A stretch of 64,000 bases of DNA, taken from NCBI RefSeq assembly GCF_009914755.1, contig NC_060937.1; one strand, written 5' to 3'. Below, one piece after another: positions 16,801 to 31,525 of this stretch; position 1 is the first letter of the stretch; each line of letters starts with the position of its first letter. The translations under genes and the position numbers were made by a program. The notes beneath the pieces were generated by a model. It ran no database searches. It was not told where the DNA came from and saw nothing but the letters and a program-made list of their open reading frames with translations. This DNA comes from the human T2T-CHM13v2.0 reference genome, Homo sapiens.

Positions 16801-18925
16801 TGAGCTGATAACAACTTTGTCACACAAAAGTACTCTAGCCTTCTTACCTCCCCCCTCACAATTCCTGTTTTTGTTTCCTTTATTTACATATGTATCTATT
16901 GTGGTTACTTAGCCACTATTTTAAGTGTTGTTAATTTTGACTATTTTAAATTTTAACTTTCATGTTAGAGAACTGAAGGATTTACATACTCCCTGTATAG
17001 GACTGGGGTATTCTGTGTTTGATTATGAATTTATATCTACTAGTAGGTTTTATACTTTCATGTGCTTTCATAATAGTAATTATTGCCCTTCTACTTCCAG
17101 TTTTAGTACTCTTGTTAAGTATTTCTTGTTAGGTGAATCTAGTGGTAACAAATATTCTCAGTTTTTGCTTGTCTAGGAAGGTCTTTATTTCGCTCCTATT
17201 TCTAAAGAAGAGCTTCACTGGATGTACTATTCTTGGCTGAAAATTTTCTTTCTTTTTCAGAATTTTGGATACATCACTCCATTATCTTCTAGTATTCAAA
17301 GATTCTGCTGAACAATCTACTGACAGTCTAATGGAGATTCACTTGTATGTGACTTGACACTTTTGCATCTTTTAAAATTCTCCATCTTTGAGTTTTGATA
17401 GTTTGATTGTAATGTGTCTAGGAGATGATCTCTGGGGCTTAAATATACTTGGAGATTTTTGACCTTGCATCTGGAGGTCCATATATTTCCCAGGCCTTTG
17501 GAAGTTTTCAGCTATTATTATGTTAAATAGATTATCTGTGCCATTCTCAGTTTCTTCTCTGTTAATCCTATGATACAAATATTTGTTTGCTTCACATATG
17601 TAACTAACCTGCACATTGTGCACATGCACCCTGAAACTTAAAGTATAATAATAATAAAATACAATAAAATAAAAATTTTTGTTTGCTTCATGGTGCCTCA
17701 TAAGACTCCTAGGTTTTCTTTGCTCCTTTTTATTCCTTTATTCCCCGTCTGACTGGGTTATTTTAAAAGAACTGTCATCAAGCTTAGAAATTCTTTCTTC
17801 TGCTTGATCTTATTTGTCTGTTGTTGAAGTTGTAAACTGTATTTTTTATTATATTCTTTTTTTTCCATTTAAAAGATTTCTGTTTGGTTTTTTATTTATT
17901 GTTTCTACATGTTTTTGAGAATCCTTCTCCTGGATGTTGGTTGAGTACGGCAGATTGGCTTTGTTTCTAGGTGGACTCAGTAGCATGATCTCTGTGCAGG
18001 TGTAATCTCAGTCAGTGAAGTCTGTGATTGCATCAGTAGCCTAGGCTTTGGGAGCTTATACCAGCAGTGGTGTGGTTTTGCTGTGTGCAGGAGCACCAGA
18101 GGTTATTGGGCTGGGCACAAATGTGCACTGGCATAGTGGACTGGCTGGCTGTGTGGTGGTCTCTCTGGTGGTGAGTTTCTGGCACACATGGGTCCCCCTC
18201 CTTACTATTTGTTTGGTGGGACGTGGGCAAGCACTGGTGCAGCATTCTAGCTGGCTGTATGTTGGCTTTCTTGCTGTGCAGGTTTGTCTGTTCCCTGAGG
18301 GTGAAATATTGTTTGAATTAAAATTCTGCAGTTTCAGCCTTCCTGTTGGTCCCAGGCTTTGGGTGTCCCGTGTTGTGGTTCTGTGGTCACTAATGTGAGC
18401 ATGGTAGAATGATTGCAGGGCCTCAGGGATGGTGAGAGGCAGTGGCTACTCACCCCAAGGGCAAGATGCACTCTAGTAGTGGGCCCAGTTTCAAGACGGA
18501 ACCATGGTATGGCAGTTTAGGTCATGGGGCTGGAGAGTGTACCATGTAGGCTATTACTTGGCGGTAGTGCAGGCTTACAAACAATTGGCAACACTCCAAA
18601 CTCAATTCAGGACCTATGAGGACTTCAAGACTCTTTTGTAGTAAAGGCTTTAAGTTTCTGCATTAGTTATTGTGATTGCTAGGGTTCTCCAGCATACTTT
18701 GTCCCATAAGAAGTCCCCCATGGCTCCAAACTAATCATGGAAAGTGAGACGGTGGCAGAGCTATGGTACTATCCTGAGCGTCTGCTTACCATGTATATTT
18801 TGCCACTCCTCTGGTGCTCTTCAATGTATCTCCTCAGTCATTTTTATCAAAATATAGTTGTTTCTTGTTTTGGGGTGTGTGGGAAGTGCTAGGCAACTCT
18901 AGTTGTTCACCTTGCTGATGTTGCC
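13890..18925 (-). mobile_element. Old L1 (L1MA/L1M-type) with 5'UTR, ORF1 and internally deleted ORF2
   Basis: Fragmented ORFs: ORF1 AENF..SPRHITIKLSK (17372-17701), EN SIDHILGHK..SDHN (15911-16114), [12 protein letters not shown] joined to [13 protein letters not shown] (deletion near 15430); GC-richer 5'UTR ~17950-18925. Confidence 0.88.
17595..17672 (+). mobile_element. Extremely truncated young L1PA 3' end inside the L1M
   Basis: catatgtaactaacctgcacattgtgcacatg..aaacttaaagtataata plus A-rich tail; 18-bp TSD 17577-17594 / 17673-17690 (1 mismatch). Confidence 0.9.
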
Positions 18926-19319
18926 TAAAAACATAATTTCAATTATTGTACAGCATTATATTCTATAAACATATCAACATTAATTTAAATATTATTTTGT
19001 TGTTTAGTACATAAATTGCTCATTAGTTATTGTTATTCTTATAAGGAACAAAATAACAAACAATTTTGTTCAGAAATTTTATGTACTTTTATTTTTCTTT
19101 AGGATAGATTTCCTCAAAACGAAATTTCTGGATAGACCTTTTGAACATATTGATGGTTTTCCTAGGAAATTAATTAATCTACTAGTGGTGTAAAAAATGT
19201 ATTTTAAACTCTTGATTAATAATAATATTGTGAAAAATGTTACCTTATAGAAAAAAAAATCATTGCTCTTTCATTTTGTCTTAGTTTGTCCTTTTGCGAA
19301 ATCAATTTATTTTACATGT

Positions 19320-20240
19320 ATATATATTACATGTGTTGCAGTGTGGTAAGTATTGGGATACATTGGTAAAAAGAGACCCAAATGATTCCTTCTCTTCCAT
19401 ATCTTGTAATATAGAGAAATAAACACTCATTGAGCAATTAAAAGTTAGTTTGGAAGAGATCTAAAGTATAGAGGATGCAGTGGGAAGACAAAATAGGAAC
19501 AGCAGAGCCACAGCTCAGAAAATCACCCAGGCTTCCCAGAAGAATTAGTATGTAACATGAGAGTATACTATATAAATGAAGGGAACAGTAGGAAAATTAT
19601 TACAGATATTGGAGAAACAGTAATTACAAAAGCTTGTTATCATGAAAGTATAAAATAAGGAACATGAAGTTACTTAGAAAGTTTACAGCATAGAATTTGA
19701 AGTATGGTGACATAAGTCTTAAGAAATAAACAGGAGCGAAATAATACAAAGCTAAAATATAAACAAGAAGCTAAACTAAGAGATGGAAACTAAATTTTGA
19801 CAACAATAAAGGTTTATTGATTTTACTTGTATATTTTTAAATCAGGAAATGTCATTTAACATTTGCATATTAAGAAAATTATTGTTTCTGAATGTTCCTA
19901 GAAAGAATTATATGGAGATGGAGGTAGAAAGCTGTGGCAATAATTTTGATGACAGATAATGCTTAAAAAATAAACTTCAGAAATGGAAAGAACTAAATAT
20001 TTTGAAAGATAGTTAACTTGGTTATGGAGTTTGTATTGGGTAGTGAATGTGAGTGAGAGAAGAAGGAGGAATAAAATATTATAAAGAGTTCAGTTTGGAC
20101 CACAGTACTTTTTAAATGTCTCATCTGCAGGATATCTAAGAGGTATTCAGAGTAGGTGGCTACCATTTTGATTCTGTCGTATGTCAGAAGAGATGACTGA
20201 ATGAAGAAGCAGAGAAGAAGCACTGGAACAGAAACCATTT
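19320..20240 (-). mobile_element. L2 fragment
   Basis: Antisense L2 motifs such as gagttcagtttggac. Confidence 0.6.
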
Positions 20241-21639
20241 AACACCAACACCTACTTAGAAATTAATAGGCTAATTAGTCTCTGTTCATCTATTAAGTTT
20301 TCCTATTATGGCTGGTCATGTCTTTTTAATCCCCACTGATATTTTATTGTTTTCCTTAACTAGGTATGCAAGACCTTTGTCGTAAGAAGAATATCATATT
20401 CTAATCATTTCTCATTGTTTCAGTGTGTTTTTTCAATTGTGATTGATTTTCCATGATTGTCAAAATGACACATAGAGAAGTCAATCAGTCAACCATACAG
20501 TATTGCCAGTCTTCAAATTGTGGTAATATTTAACTTCTTTTCTAACGTCTTTATTTTATACTTAAAAGGATTCTGCTTTTTGCAAACTTACTTATACATG
20601 TAAAAGGTTTATGAGAGATTAATGTTGGGCTATTTTCTCATTGCACTAACAAAAAATGTTTTCAGCCATGGATTAGATGAGCTGTGTTGCCTAGCAACAC
20701 ACTTCCATATATACTCTGAGTTGCTTAGCAGCAAACTTTCAATAAAGTGCTGTCTTGAATTGGTATAATACTAGTCTTCTTTAAGTTGAGAATTTTACTG
20801 CTACCTGGTTCCAACCTCCTCAATAGTTGCATTATGGAATCTGGACAGAGAAGCAAACCAATGTTCCCAGTGTGCTTTGGCTCCTATATTCAGAAAATTG
20901 TCTTCCCAAAGATATTCTTTTTATATACCGGGGCCTGAGAATGGGACTTTGAATAATGACTATCTAATTTCTCTCAAAGAAACACATATTTCATGGATCT
21001 TGTACATCAGCATTATTGGAGATAGCATATATATATCTAAAGCCCAAATCCAAAAAGAAAAGTGTTTATCATAATTTTGTGTTCCCATATCTACTCTTCT
21101 ACATCATATAGTTAAAAAATTATTAATTACAGTGATGAACTATATCCAATAATAGTGCATTATTTGGCAAGAGAAGATGAACAAACTATCAACTGATCTC
21201 AGTTCAGGAATCTTTGCCTTTATTGATTTCCTCTGTCATTTTTAATATGTTTATGGTATTTTCTTGGCCTCATCAGCAATAGAAATGTTACCAAAGAGGT
21301 CAACTCATTTAACTTCTTGGTGGATATATTACCTCCTCAAAATCTCAAAATCAAAGTCCATCATTGGATTTTTATCATATCTAGCTAAACAAGAACATAG
21401 TACAAAACAAAGCATAGTATATTAAGGAGGGTAATTATTTTCTGAGTGAAAACAGAAGTTTAAGATACGTGACTTGGAGATTCTGTACTCAACTCTATTT
21501 ATGCTTTTGTTTCTCCTTAAAGTTTATCCCAAATTGGATTACATCATCTAAAAATAGTAAAGTAGGCAAAAAGCACAAAGTATGCTTAATAAGAAAAGTT
21601 TTCCAAAAAAGAATAAGCCCAATAGTATAAGGTACATAG

Positions 21640-21990
21640 AGCAATAAAATTCAGAGACAAATGGTAACATGGTGATTGCAAGGGCCTCGTGGGAGGAGAT
21701 ATGCCCCAATCACTGAATAGGTGAAGTCACTTGCCCAAAATTACAAAGAGAGACAGAGCCCAAGGACTACAAGAACTTGTATGCTTATTCATCATGCTCC
21801 ACTGCTCACACAGGGATAATTTCTATTCTATTAAGAGCTTACTATATGTCAGATGCTTTTTAAAGTACTTTACATGTATTATTTCATTTATTCACCAAAA
21901 GACTATGTTACTAGCTAACAACAATAACAACAGTTATCTAAATATATTAATCCATTAAAACTCATACCAGTCCTATGAGTACTATAAAAC
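21640..21990 (-). mobile_element. MIR fragments
   Basis: ggtgaagtcacttgcccaa core; cttactatatgtcag..tactttacatgtattatttcattta. Confidence 0.6.
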
Positions 21991-24009
21991 ACTACGCATG
22001 TTAAAATATTACCTCAGTTCCTGACCTACAGTAGATACTAAATATATACTATTATCAATACTACTTCAAGATGTATAGTCTCAGAGTCATTTCTACCAAG
22101 TATCCTATCGGTTATACTTTAACATCCAATTCAATTGAACATCCAATACAATTCAAGAAAATGTATTATTTGGATCCTATAAACAATTTGTTTTGCCAAA
22201 TATCCCTGTCATTTTTTTGTCTTTTTTTTTTAGTTTATCTTTAAGCCTTCTTAGTGTTCAAAATTTTGTCTTTAGTCAATGACATGTATAGTAGGTAAAA
22301 TCTATCCCAATAATTTTTATTATAGATTTTATTAATAATATAACTGTTTAATTCATTGGTACATGTTTATGCATTGCATCAAATTGGTAAGGAAGATTCT
22401 TTGTGTACCAAAGTTAAAATTTTATTCATAGTTTTTATATAGGCAATGTATGTTACATTTAAATTATGGAATTTTAAATAGAATCAAAATACTAGATAAG
22501 CAGTGTTGTTGTTCTGTTTCCACCTCTAAGCCATTATGTTACAAAGATAACAAATTTGTCCTATGTAGGACCCAGCCAACTTCAAGTCAAGGATAGCAAA
22601 AATAGTTCACATTCACTAGGATACAATCAAGGTGAATCATGATTTATGTGCCTACTAAGACATGAGGGGGAGAAATCGGGGGAGTAGCCTGCATCGTAAT
22701 GAACTAGCATCTTAGTTTGAAGTTAGACACTATTAGGCCCATATTCTCTGATTCTCAAGCGAAGCAAACTAAAATAAGAACTGAAATAACAATCATATTA
22801 AGTAGAGGCACTTAAGCAATATCACAATATATAATCCTTTGATAGAAAAAACATTCTTCTAATTTACACATTAAAAATTATAAGATTATAGGATTAATAG
22901 ATTTATGAGCTCACCCTCCAATGCTATTTAACTGCAGCTCTAAGCAAAACAGCAGCAGTGCTTATACATACGATTACAAAGCTAAATCTTCTCCAGCATT
23001 TACACCTACAATCACATTCAGTCCATCCTTTGGCTGACCTTCCTCAATCTAGCTTATGTAAAATCGCTAGCTTCCTATGCTATTCAATCTTTAAACTTCT
23101 TGCTCTTTTTCAGAACAATTGTACTGAGTTCTTCATACACAACATTTTAATAATGGCTTGAGATAATAAACTTGGTTAATTTCTTTCTCTCCACAAGGCT
23201 TGGGAAATTCAAGGACCTTGTCAAGAGAAAATAATTTGCAACAAGAAAGGCTTGAAATTAATCCACACCAGTCAGCAGATCAAGACTGTGTTCTTATCTT
23301 TAATGCTATCCAGTAGTTCAAAAGAATAACAATGTAAATAAAACTAATGGTGATTGCCATCAACAAACAGAATGCATTGTGCTATATAAGAGTTATATCA
23401 ACAAAAAATGTTTTGAATATTAAAGGTAGATAACTACTTTCTTGGAATTCATCAAATAAAAATGAAATGACTGGAAATCTAAAATACAAAGAACTGTATG
23501 TTTTCATTTTGCTTCAGATCTAAACTTCTAATCCACAAAAGCAGAATTTACTAACACAGATAATTTTTTTTTCTTTTTTACATGGTATAATTACAGATAT
23601 GGTTTGGTGGAAATTAGTTCTTCATTCAGAATCTGAGACATAGTAAAATTTCAAAAATTCCTGTTAATATTTCCAAGAAGATATATGCACAGTTATGCAA
23701 AATTTCTGTAATATATTCTTAAGTTTTAACATATCCATGTGCAACTTTGCTATTTATGTTACTTTACACTCATTTAAGCATGGATATATGTGTTTCTGAT
23801 TATACTATATTGCATTATACCATATTATGTTATATATAGTTTTTCTCTGAACATGGTTTTGAAGGTTTTCAATTTTGCAAAATGTCAAGGCATAAAATAG
23901 AAATGACTCAACACATTTTAAAAATATAATTGTGTTTTAAGTGACATGATCTTATAAATACTGCAGAAAACCTGGGAGATTTTTAGATTAATAATTGTCA
24001 GTCATATTT

Positions 24010-24320
24010 TGGGCCTAATGCTACTTCTACATGGAAACCTTCCATAATCACCCACTCTACAGCTTTCCTCTCTAACCCACTATTGTGTATCATATTAGCC
24101 TATTTATTTACTTTAGAAGATAGGTAAATGTTTATATAATTTTGTTTATTTGTGTATTATGCAGGCCTTTCACATTATAATGTAAACTTCACACACAAGC
24201 AGGATCTTGTTTCTGTTTTTGACTACTGCATTTTGGTCTAGACCAGTATTTACCTGTGAGGACAATAGAGTAATTATAAATATATTTCTGAATGAATAGA
24301 TAAATGAGTGAATAAATATT
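24010..24320 (+). mobile_element. L2 3' end
   Basis: atgtaaacttc..gcaggatcttgt...tgaatgaatagataaatgagtgaataaat. Confidence 0.65.
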
Positions 24321-25909
24321 CTCAATATTATTATTATTATTTACTTGTTCTATATTTTCCTATTACTTATACAACCAAAGGAAAAATATAAAATATAGTG
24401 ACCATTGACTTTATAATTTCATTACAGTACATTTCATTGTTCATTGCTCAAACATAATTATGTGAGTCAGTGTAAACTTTTTAGATACTAAAATTTGAAG
24501 AAATAACCCTTCTCTTTTATGATATCATTTATCATAAGTAAAAACTATTTAAAACGATGGATTCTGAAAAGTGTAGAATCGTAACACCCACTTCAAAAAT
24601 ATCCCTTTAATAAATCCTAAAATAGAATGTTGCATATTTTTACAAATTTATGATTGATGAGATCAAGTAGTTTTGTTTTTATTTAGTTGAATATAACTAT
24701 AGCAAAAATCATGTGAAATGAAAACCAAAAATGTAATTAAGATACTTTGATATTTAATATTAATTTAATTATACATTGGCTATTTGTTATGCAAGCTTTC
24801 TAAGCAGATGAATTTTGTATGTCTCCATTAATTGCCAATCCTTAAAATAGGGTAAATTTATGTATTACTCATTTTGCTATGTTTAATCATGGAAAGTGAA
24901 ATCAAATGTGGCATTCTTGAATCAAATTGTCAAGCCTTATTCATGAGTAAGTCTTATAAGAAGTCAGAGTAGGCAGTTGAATATGTCATATGATTTGAAA
25001 GCATTGGAAAATTATTTTTACTTAAAATATCTCCCTCATTACCTTTCTCTGTGCCTGAAATTTCATCTTCAGAAATCTCTCTTGGGATTTAACTTTAGTT
25101 TTCACTTAGTACTTGGAAGTGTGACTCCTCTATCTTTTACAAATGCTCTTTGAGAGCTCATTTGGAGATTCAGGGAAGATATCCCTTCTTACAACCACCC
25201 TCCAGCAAACAAACAAACAAACAAAAAAAACTGTTTTCCTATTTCAGAGACATCTTTACTTTCATGAAATTCTGATGTGATACATAAAGAAGAGAAGGTC
25301 ATCTTCCTAGCTGGCCAGATCAGCCAAATCATCCCTGGGGATAAACAGTAAGTCACTCACATTGCTGTCAGATTATACTCATAAGCCTAGAGGAGTTAGT
25401 TGAGCAGAATTAGAGGCCAGGGGAAAGGCTGTGAGTAGGAAAAGCATTCACAAAACAACATTTTTCTGATATTAAATTGAAGAGAATATCCAATCTAACT
25501 CTTCATCTTACTAAGAAAATTGAGGATCAAAAAATTATGATTTGCTTAGAGAAACACAGATAGTTATTGATGAGAAACTACACTCACATTTCCTGACAAT
25601 GGTCTCTCTGTTTCTCTACTATGCACAATTAATTGCCTCCCACCCAAATCAGAAAGAGGAAAGAATACTGTTGGGGTTAAATTATTCTCTGTTGTTCTTT
25701 CTATTTTGTGTGTGTGCTCTTATTTTGTGTGTGTGTTAATGAAATTTATGGCTTGAACAGATTACCCATCAAAATGAAGCTATGTATTTAATTTGTTAAG
25801 CAAACAAATACAAAGTAACAAATAAAACCTCAATCTACTACTTAAACATTATTTGTTCTACTTCCCAGTTTTAACTTATGAGTAATAAATATAAATTATT
25901 CAATTACTA

Positions 25910-26140
25910 ATATCTCCCATTCCCCTTTTCTATTTTAGTTTACACTTAACATTATTACTTTTAACATACCATATGTTTCACTTATTTTACTTATTGTGTA
26001 TTCCTTGTACCCTCCACTAGAATTAAGCTTTATGAGAGCACAGATTTTTACTGATTTTATTAATTGACATTCCCAGTGCCTGAAACTGCTTGGCAGATAT
26101 TCAGTATCTAATAATATTTTTGAATGAATTAATGGATGAA
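25910..26140 (+). mobile_element. L2 3' end
   Basis: ccactagaattaagctttatgagagcacag..cccagtgcctg..tgaatgaattaatggatg. Confidence 0.7.
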
Positions 26141-26709
26141 ATTTTAGACAACATCAGCACAGCCTTTATTACAGCAAAATAGGTAGCCCTCCCACCACTA
26201 ATACATATCATTCCTAATGCCAGATACAATAAGTGTCCAGGGCAAATGCAGATGTTTTAAACATGCAGTGACAAATGATTCAAGGGGACCCCGTAGAACA
26301 CAGTAATCCTAGAGAATAGCAAATGACATTGTTTAGTGGCCATTTACTTTATAGTCCAGATGTCCTTCTTAAGTCGGTGCTATTTTACAGCTTCTAAAAC
26401 TGCACTGCAAGTTTCTGCAAGATTGTAGGATTTATTTTTTCATGTCCTCCTACTTTTCTTTTCAAAATTTCCTAATGAATAAAAATAAAAAATATAATTT
26501 GACTTCAGCCAATCTTCACATATTATTCAGTGCTCTTCTGTATATATGTAGTATCTACATACTCTAGCTACCTTGGGCAGAAAAGGCCTGGTTTAAAATG
26601 TTAAAGAATAATAGGATACAGACAGCAATTCAAGGAAAGTATAGAATTGGATTGTCTGGTGAAAGGTGACAAATGCTTGGTATTATTTTAGTTTTAAAAG
26701 TATATGTTA

Positions 26710-28044
26710 CACATCAACCAATGGAACAGAATAGAGAACCCAGAAATAAGACTGCACAGCTACAACCATCTGATCTTTGACAAACCTGACAAAAACAAGC
26801 AATGGAGAGAGGGTTTCCTATTTAATAAATGGTGCTGGGAGAACTGGCTAGCCATATGCAGAAAACAGAAACTGGACAAATTCCTTACACTGTATACAAA
26901 AATCAACTCAAGGTGGATTAAAAACATAAATATAAAGTCTCAAACTATAAAAACCCTAGAAGAAAATCTAGGCAATACCTTTCAGGACATAGGCATGGGC
27001 AAAGATTTCATGACAAAAAGACCAAAAGCAATTGCAACAAAAAAATTGTCAAATGAGATCTAATTAAACTAAAGAACTTCTGCACAGCAAAAGAAACTAT
27101 CATCAGAGTGAACAGACAACCTACAGAATGGGAGAAAATTTTTGCAATCTATCCATCTGACAAAGGTCTAATATCCAGTATCTACAAGAAACTTAGACAA
27201 ATTTACAAGAAAAAAAATAAACCACATCAAAAAGTGGGCAAAGGACATGAACAGACTCTTCTCAAAAGAAGACAAACATCCAACCAACAAACATATGAAA
27301 AAAAGCTCAACATCACTGATCATTAGAGAAATTCAAGTGAAAACCACAGTGAGATGCCATCTCACACCAGTCTGAATGACTAGTGTTAAAAAGTCAAGAA
27401 ACAACAGATACTCATGATGTCGTGGAGGAAAGGGAATGCTTTTATACTGTTAGTAGGAGACTGAATTAGTTCAACCATTGTGGAAGACAGTGTGATGATT
27501 ACTCAAAGACCTGGAGGCAGAAGAACCACCTGACCCAGCAATCCCATTACTGGGTATATACCCAAGGAAATATAAATCATTCTGTTATAAACATACATGC
27601 ACATGTATGTTTATTGCAGCACTATTTACAATGGCAAAGGCTTGGGACCAACCCAAATGCCCATCAATGATAGATTGGATGAAGAAAATGTGGTACCTAT
27701 ACCCCATGAAATATTATGCAGCTATAAAGAGGAATGAGATCAGGTCCTTTACAGGGACATGGATGGAGCTGGAGGCCACTACCCTCAGCAAACTAACACA
27801 GGAACAGAAAACCAAATATTGCATGTTCTCACATGTGAGTGGGAACTGAATGATGAGAACACATGGATACATGGCGGGGAATGATGTGGGGGGAGGAGCG
27901 AGAGCATCAGGACAAATAGCTCATGGATGCTGGGCTTAATACCTAGGTGATGGGTTGCTCTGTGCAACAAACCACAATGGCACGTTTACCTATGTAACAA
28001 ACCTGCACATCCTGCACATGTACCCCTGAACTTCAATTTTTTAT
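26710..28044 (+). mobile_element. 5'-truncated older L1PA (about L1PA11-16)
   Basis: ORF2 C-terminal fragments ([21 protein letters not shown]) and 3'UTR; TSD AGTATATGTTA 26699-26709 / 28045-28055 at a TT/AAAA site. Confidence 0.92.
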
Positions 28045-28962
28045 AGTATATGTTATTTGACTGTAAGATAAAAATTTGTCAACTCAATCAGCACACACAA
28101 AAAATCTGTTCTCCACATCTCTTGAAATAATGAGAATATTAAATAATTTGCTGATTTTTGATATAGTGTGTGTTCACTGAGACACAGTCAAAAATGTTAA
28201 CTATCTATAATAAGAAATATCACTGTTTATGGTGTCTACTTTCCAAATTAACTACAGATAGAGCCCTTTTAGCAAGTATGCATCCATGTCTATTTGACTT
28301 TGGTTGGCTGCTTAACAGGTTTGCTTGCCTTCAACCAACATAAAGCTTATTTAATTCATTGAGTCTACACATGATTTAAGGTTTTCATTTCATATAGAGA
28401 ATGTGATTTAAAATGTAATTTTCTTGAACATTTGTTGACATAATGTTATACATTTAAAAAAGAAACATCAAAGCAGTTCATTCTAACGCATAGATTAGCC
28501 CTTTAGCATGAGTTAGACATTTGAGAATAATACCTTAGTTACAAGAAGGCTCATCTCCTACATCCTCAGTCTTATGGTGCATAATCATGATCACAAAACT
28601 AAAAACAAATTCTTGATCATACAGGAGAAGCAGCTACAAGCAGACTCTAAAGCAGTTACAGGCAGCATCTAATTTTATATACCATAAAAATATAAAATCT
28701 CAAGAAATAGTTGCAGTAGACAATAAAGAAATATAAGGCCATCATCTAGAAGCACGAGGTCTTAGAAGTAGGGGTAAATGACTCATATAGCTACAAAAGC
28801 CTGCATTACTAAACAAACAATGTAATAGTAAGTCTCTGTCATTATCAATTTTAAAAATTATGTTTACTATTTTTTATCTAGCATGGAAGCTTATAATTTA
28901 GAAATATAAAAGTTTCTACTAAAATTCAATGAGCGAAAATAAAGTATTTTGGCTTCACTTAA

Positions 28963-29292
<330 letters not shown>

Positions 29293-30149
29293 TCCTTTTT
29301 CCTTCTTTTCTTTATGCATCTCTTCCCCCATCCCTCCTTTTATTCTTCAGTCATTTAAATCATAATTATTGCAAATAAATGATATATTACAAATCTGTTT
29401 GATACCAATGCTGTAAAAAAATGAGACTAAACCCAATGAACTCAAAAAGCTTATAGTGGAAAATGTGGAAATTTGCAAAGAAAAAGATATCATTCCTCTC
29501 TGCTTAAATCAAATCGATATTAATGGGATTCTGACTATACAGAACTTGCTGAGATAGATGGCCTTATTATTTTTTTCTGAACTGCAGTTGCTACAGTATT
29601 TAGCATGCTGAAATTGCTCAAAATAATTTTACTGAATTACTATTTTGTGTGTGTATACAGTGAACTTTCTAAGTAGAACATTTTTATGTTCATACTCCCT
29701 TGTTAGTATTAATGTGGGAAGGACTTTTTCTATAAATTTGTTGATGATTGTAAGAAGATATGTAAACACTGTCTATTGATATTTAAAAATGTATATAGTT
29801 GTTATGAAACAATCATATTTTCTTTCTCTTTTCAATATCTACATATCTATCTTTTTAATTTTTTAATTTTTAAGAATTATTTTCTCCCTTATCGTTACCT
29901 ACAATATGCATCTTTATCTTGACCACACATATTCAATAGTAACAAAAACACAATTCATAAAATAATAGAAGAGAAAATTTAAAAAAATCTTCAATACGTT
30001 TATCTAGAGTCGATGTGTCATGTTTTATAAATAGTAAAGAGACAATTTATTATAGGAGTTCAAAACATGTACTTTCCAGCCAGAAAAAGTGCTTTCTAAA
30101 GGAAGCACAAACTACCAGATTGACAATGGCATGTTATTTACTCTTCTTC

Positions 30150-30270
30150 AGTAGACTATAGGCTCTCTGAAAAGGACTGGAATATCTAATTCATTGCTGT
30201 ATTTCTAGCACACAGTACAATGCCTGGAACATAGTAGACACTCAATAAATGCATCTTTTATAAATAAATT
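30150..30270 (+). mobile_element. L2 3' end
   Basis: gtacaatgcctggaacatagtagacactcaataaatg. Confidence 0.65.
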
Positions 30271-31525
30271 GTTCCCAAAGTTTCGAATTCCTATTTAGAC
30301 CTTATGAGAAAGCTAATATCCCTCCTTACACCTTGTTTTAGGTTTTAACTCAAGTAGTTTTACTGGACACTGTAGAATAGATTAAGTCCTTCGGTAAATG
30401 TTCTAATAACACCTTGTAATAATTTTATGTATCATTTACCACATTACTGTATTTTTCAATTATTAATTAGATTTTGTTATTTTACTTTTGGTTTTCTGTA
30501 AACTTTAGGTCCCCTGAGAACAGAATATACGTGTTTAAGTCATCGCTTTGTCCTTCAATATTTCCTGAAACAATATTAATAACCCAGAAATATTAATTAA
30601 ATTATTTAAGAAATCACTGTGCTTTGGTTCACTATTGTCTAACACAAAGCTTAACCAATCTTAGAATGGCTAATGTATTACAGCTACTTGATGTTAAAAG
30701 GGTAAAATTGCAGGTTTTGTATGATTTTTCCTCCCTTTGCTAAAACTAAAACTCAGAAACATCATCATCTGCAATTAAGTTAGCCCAAGTAATTCTAATT
30801 TTGCATCTATTAGATTATCAGCACTTTAAATATTTTCTAAAACTAAATTCATTGCTTAAAGAAGCAATTGATTATCTACTATTAAAATAGAATACACTAA
30901 TTTTACTTTATTTAGGCAAGAAATCATTAAGTTAAAGATAAAGCAACAACTCTTAATTAGTTTTCCATAAAGCTCTAAACTCATTGTCCTTTTATGCTAG
31001 AATTATATTGCCTTTCAACAGCTAAAAATATGAAGAGCAAGGTAACCTTTCAGAAAAGACAAGAGAAATGTCATCTTTATTGCCAATAGGGCACAAAAAC
31101 ATGACGGATTTTTTATTGGTTATATTCAGGAAACTGATGACAAAGATGTCCTGTCAGTGGATGATAATTGTTGAATTTTGAGGAGTGTGCTGGAATTTCA
31201 CTGTTCCTATGCAAGACTGTGAAGTGGGAGAGGTGTGTCTTTTTTCCCTCTTTGCTTTCATTACAAATTCTCTTTTAACACACCGCCTCCATAGCTGTCC
31301 ATTTCTCGTGAGTCCCTTTCATTTTACAGCTTCTCACTTAAACACACCACAGTTGTTATCTTCCCTGACCTATGATTCAAGCTATTTATGACGAATCTCA
31401 CATCCAATGCTCCATTTTCTAGCTTATCAGTTATCACTAAGCAAAGGAGTTTGAAAATTAAGTCACACAAAGCTGAGTGTGTATTTTATTACTTTTTGCA
31501 TTTGTATTTTCATTTGAAAAGCAAA

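Larger units (their letters stand above)
9450..21050 (-). mobile_element. DIRS-like retrotransposon relic, unit 2 (split by L3, THE1, L1M, L2)
   Basis: gag KVPFSGP 20950-20930 then IFG; VGTR (VGGRL-like) ~20815; RT FKYKIKTLE 20566-20540, LKTGN..MV..IDF ~20517-20478; IFP..D.WL ~12495-12470; YR ARGRVS ~10063-10046, DV...YL.RT ~9990-9950, HSF..KH ~9552-9525. Confidence 0.55.
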
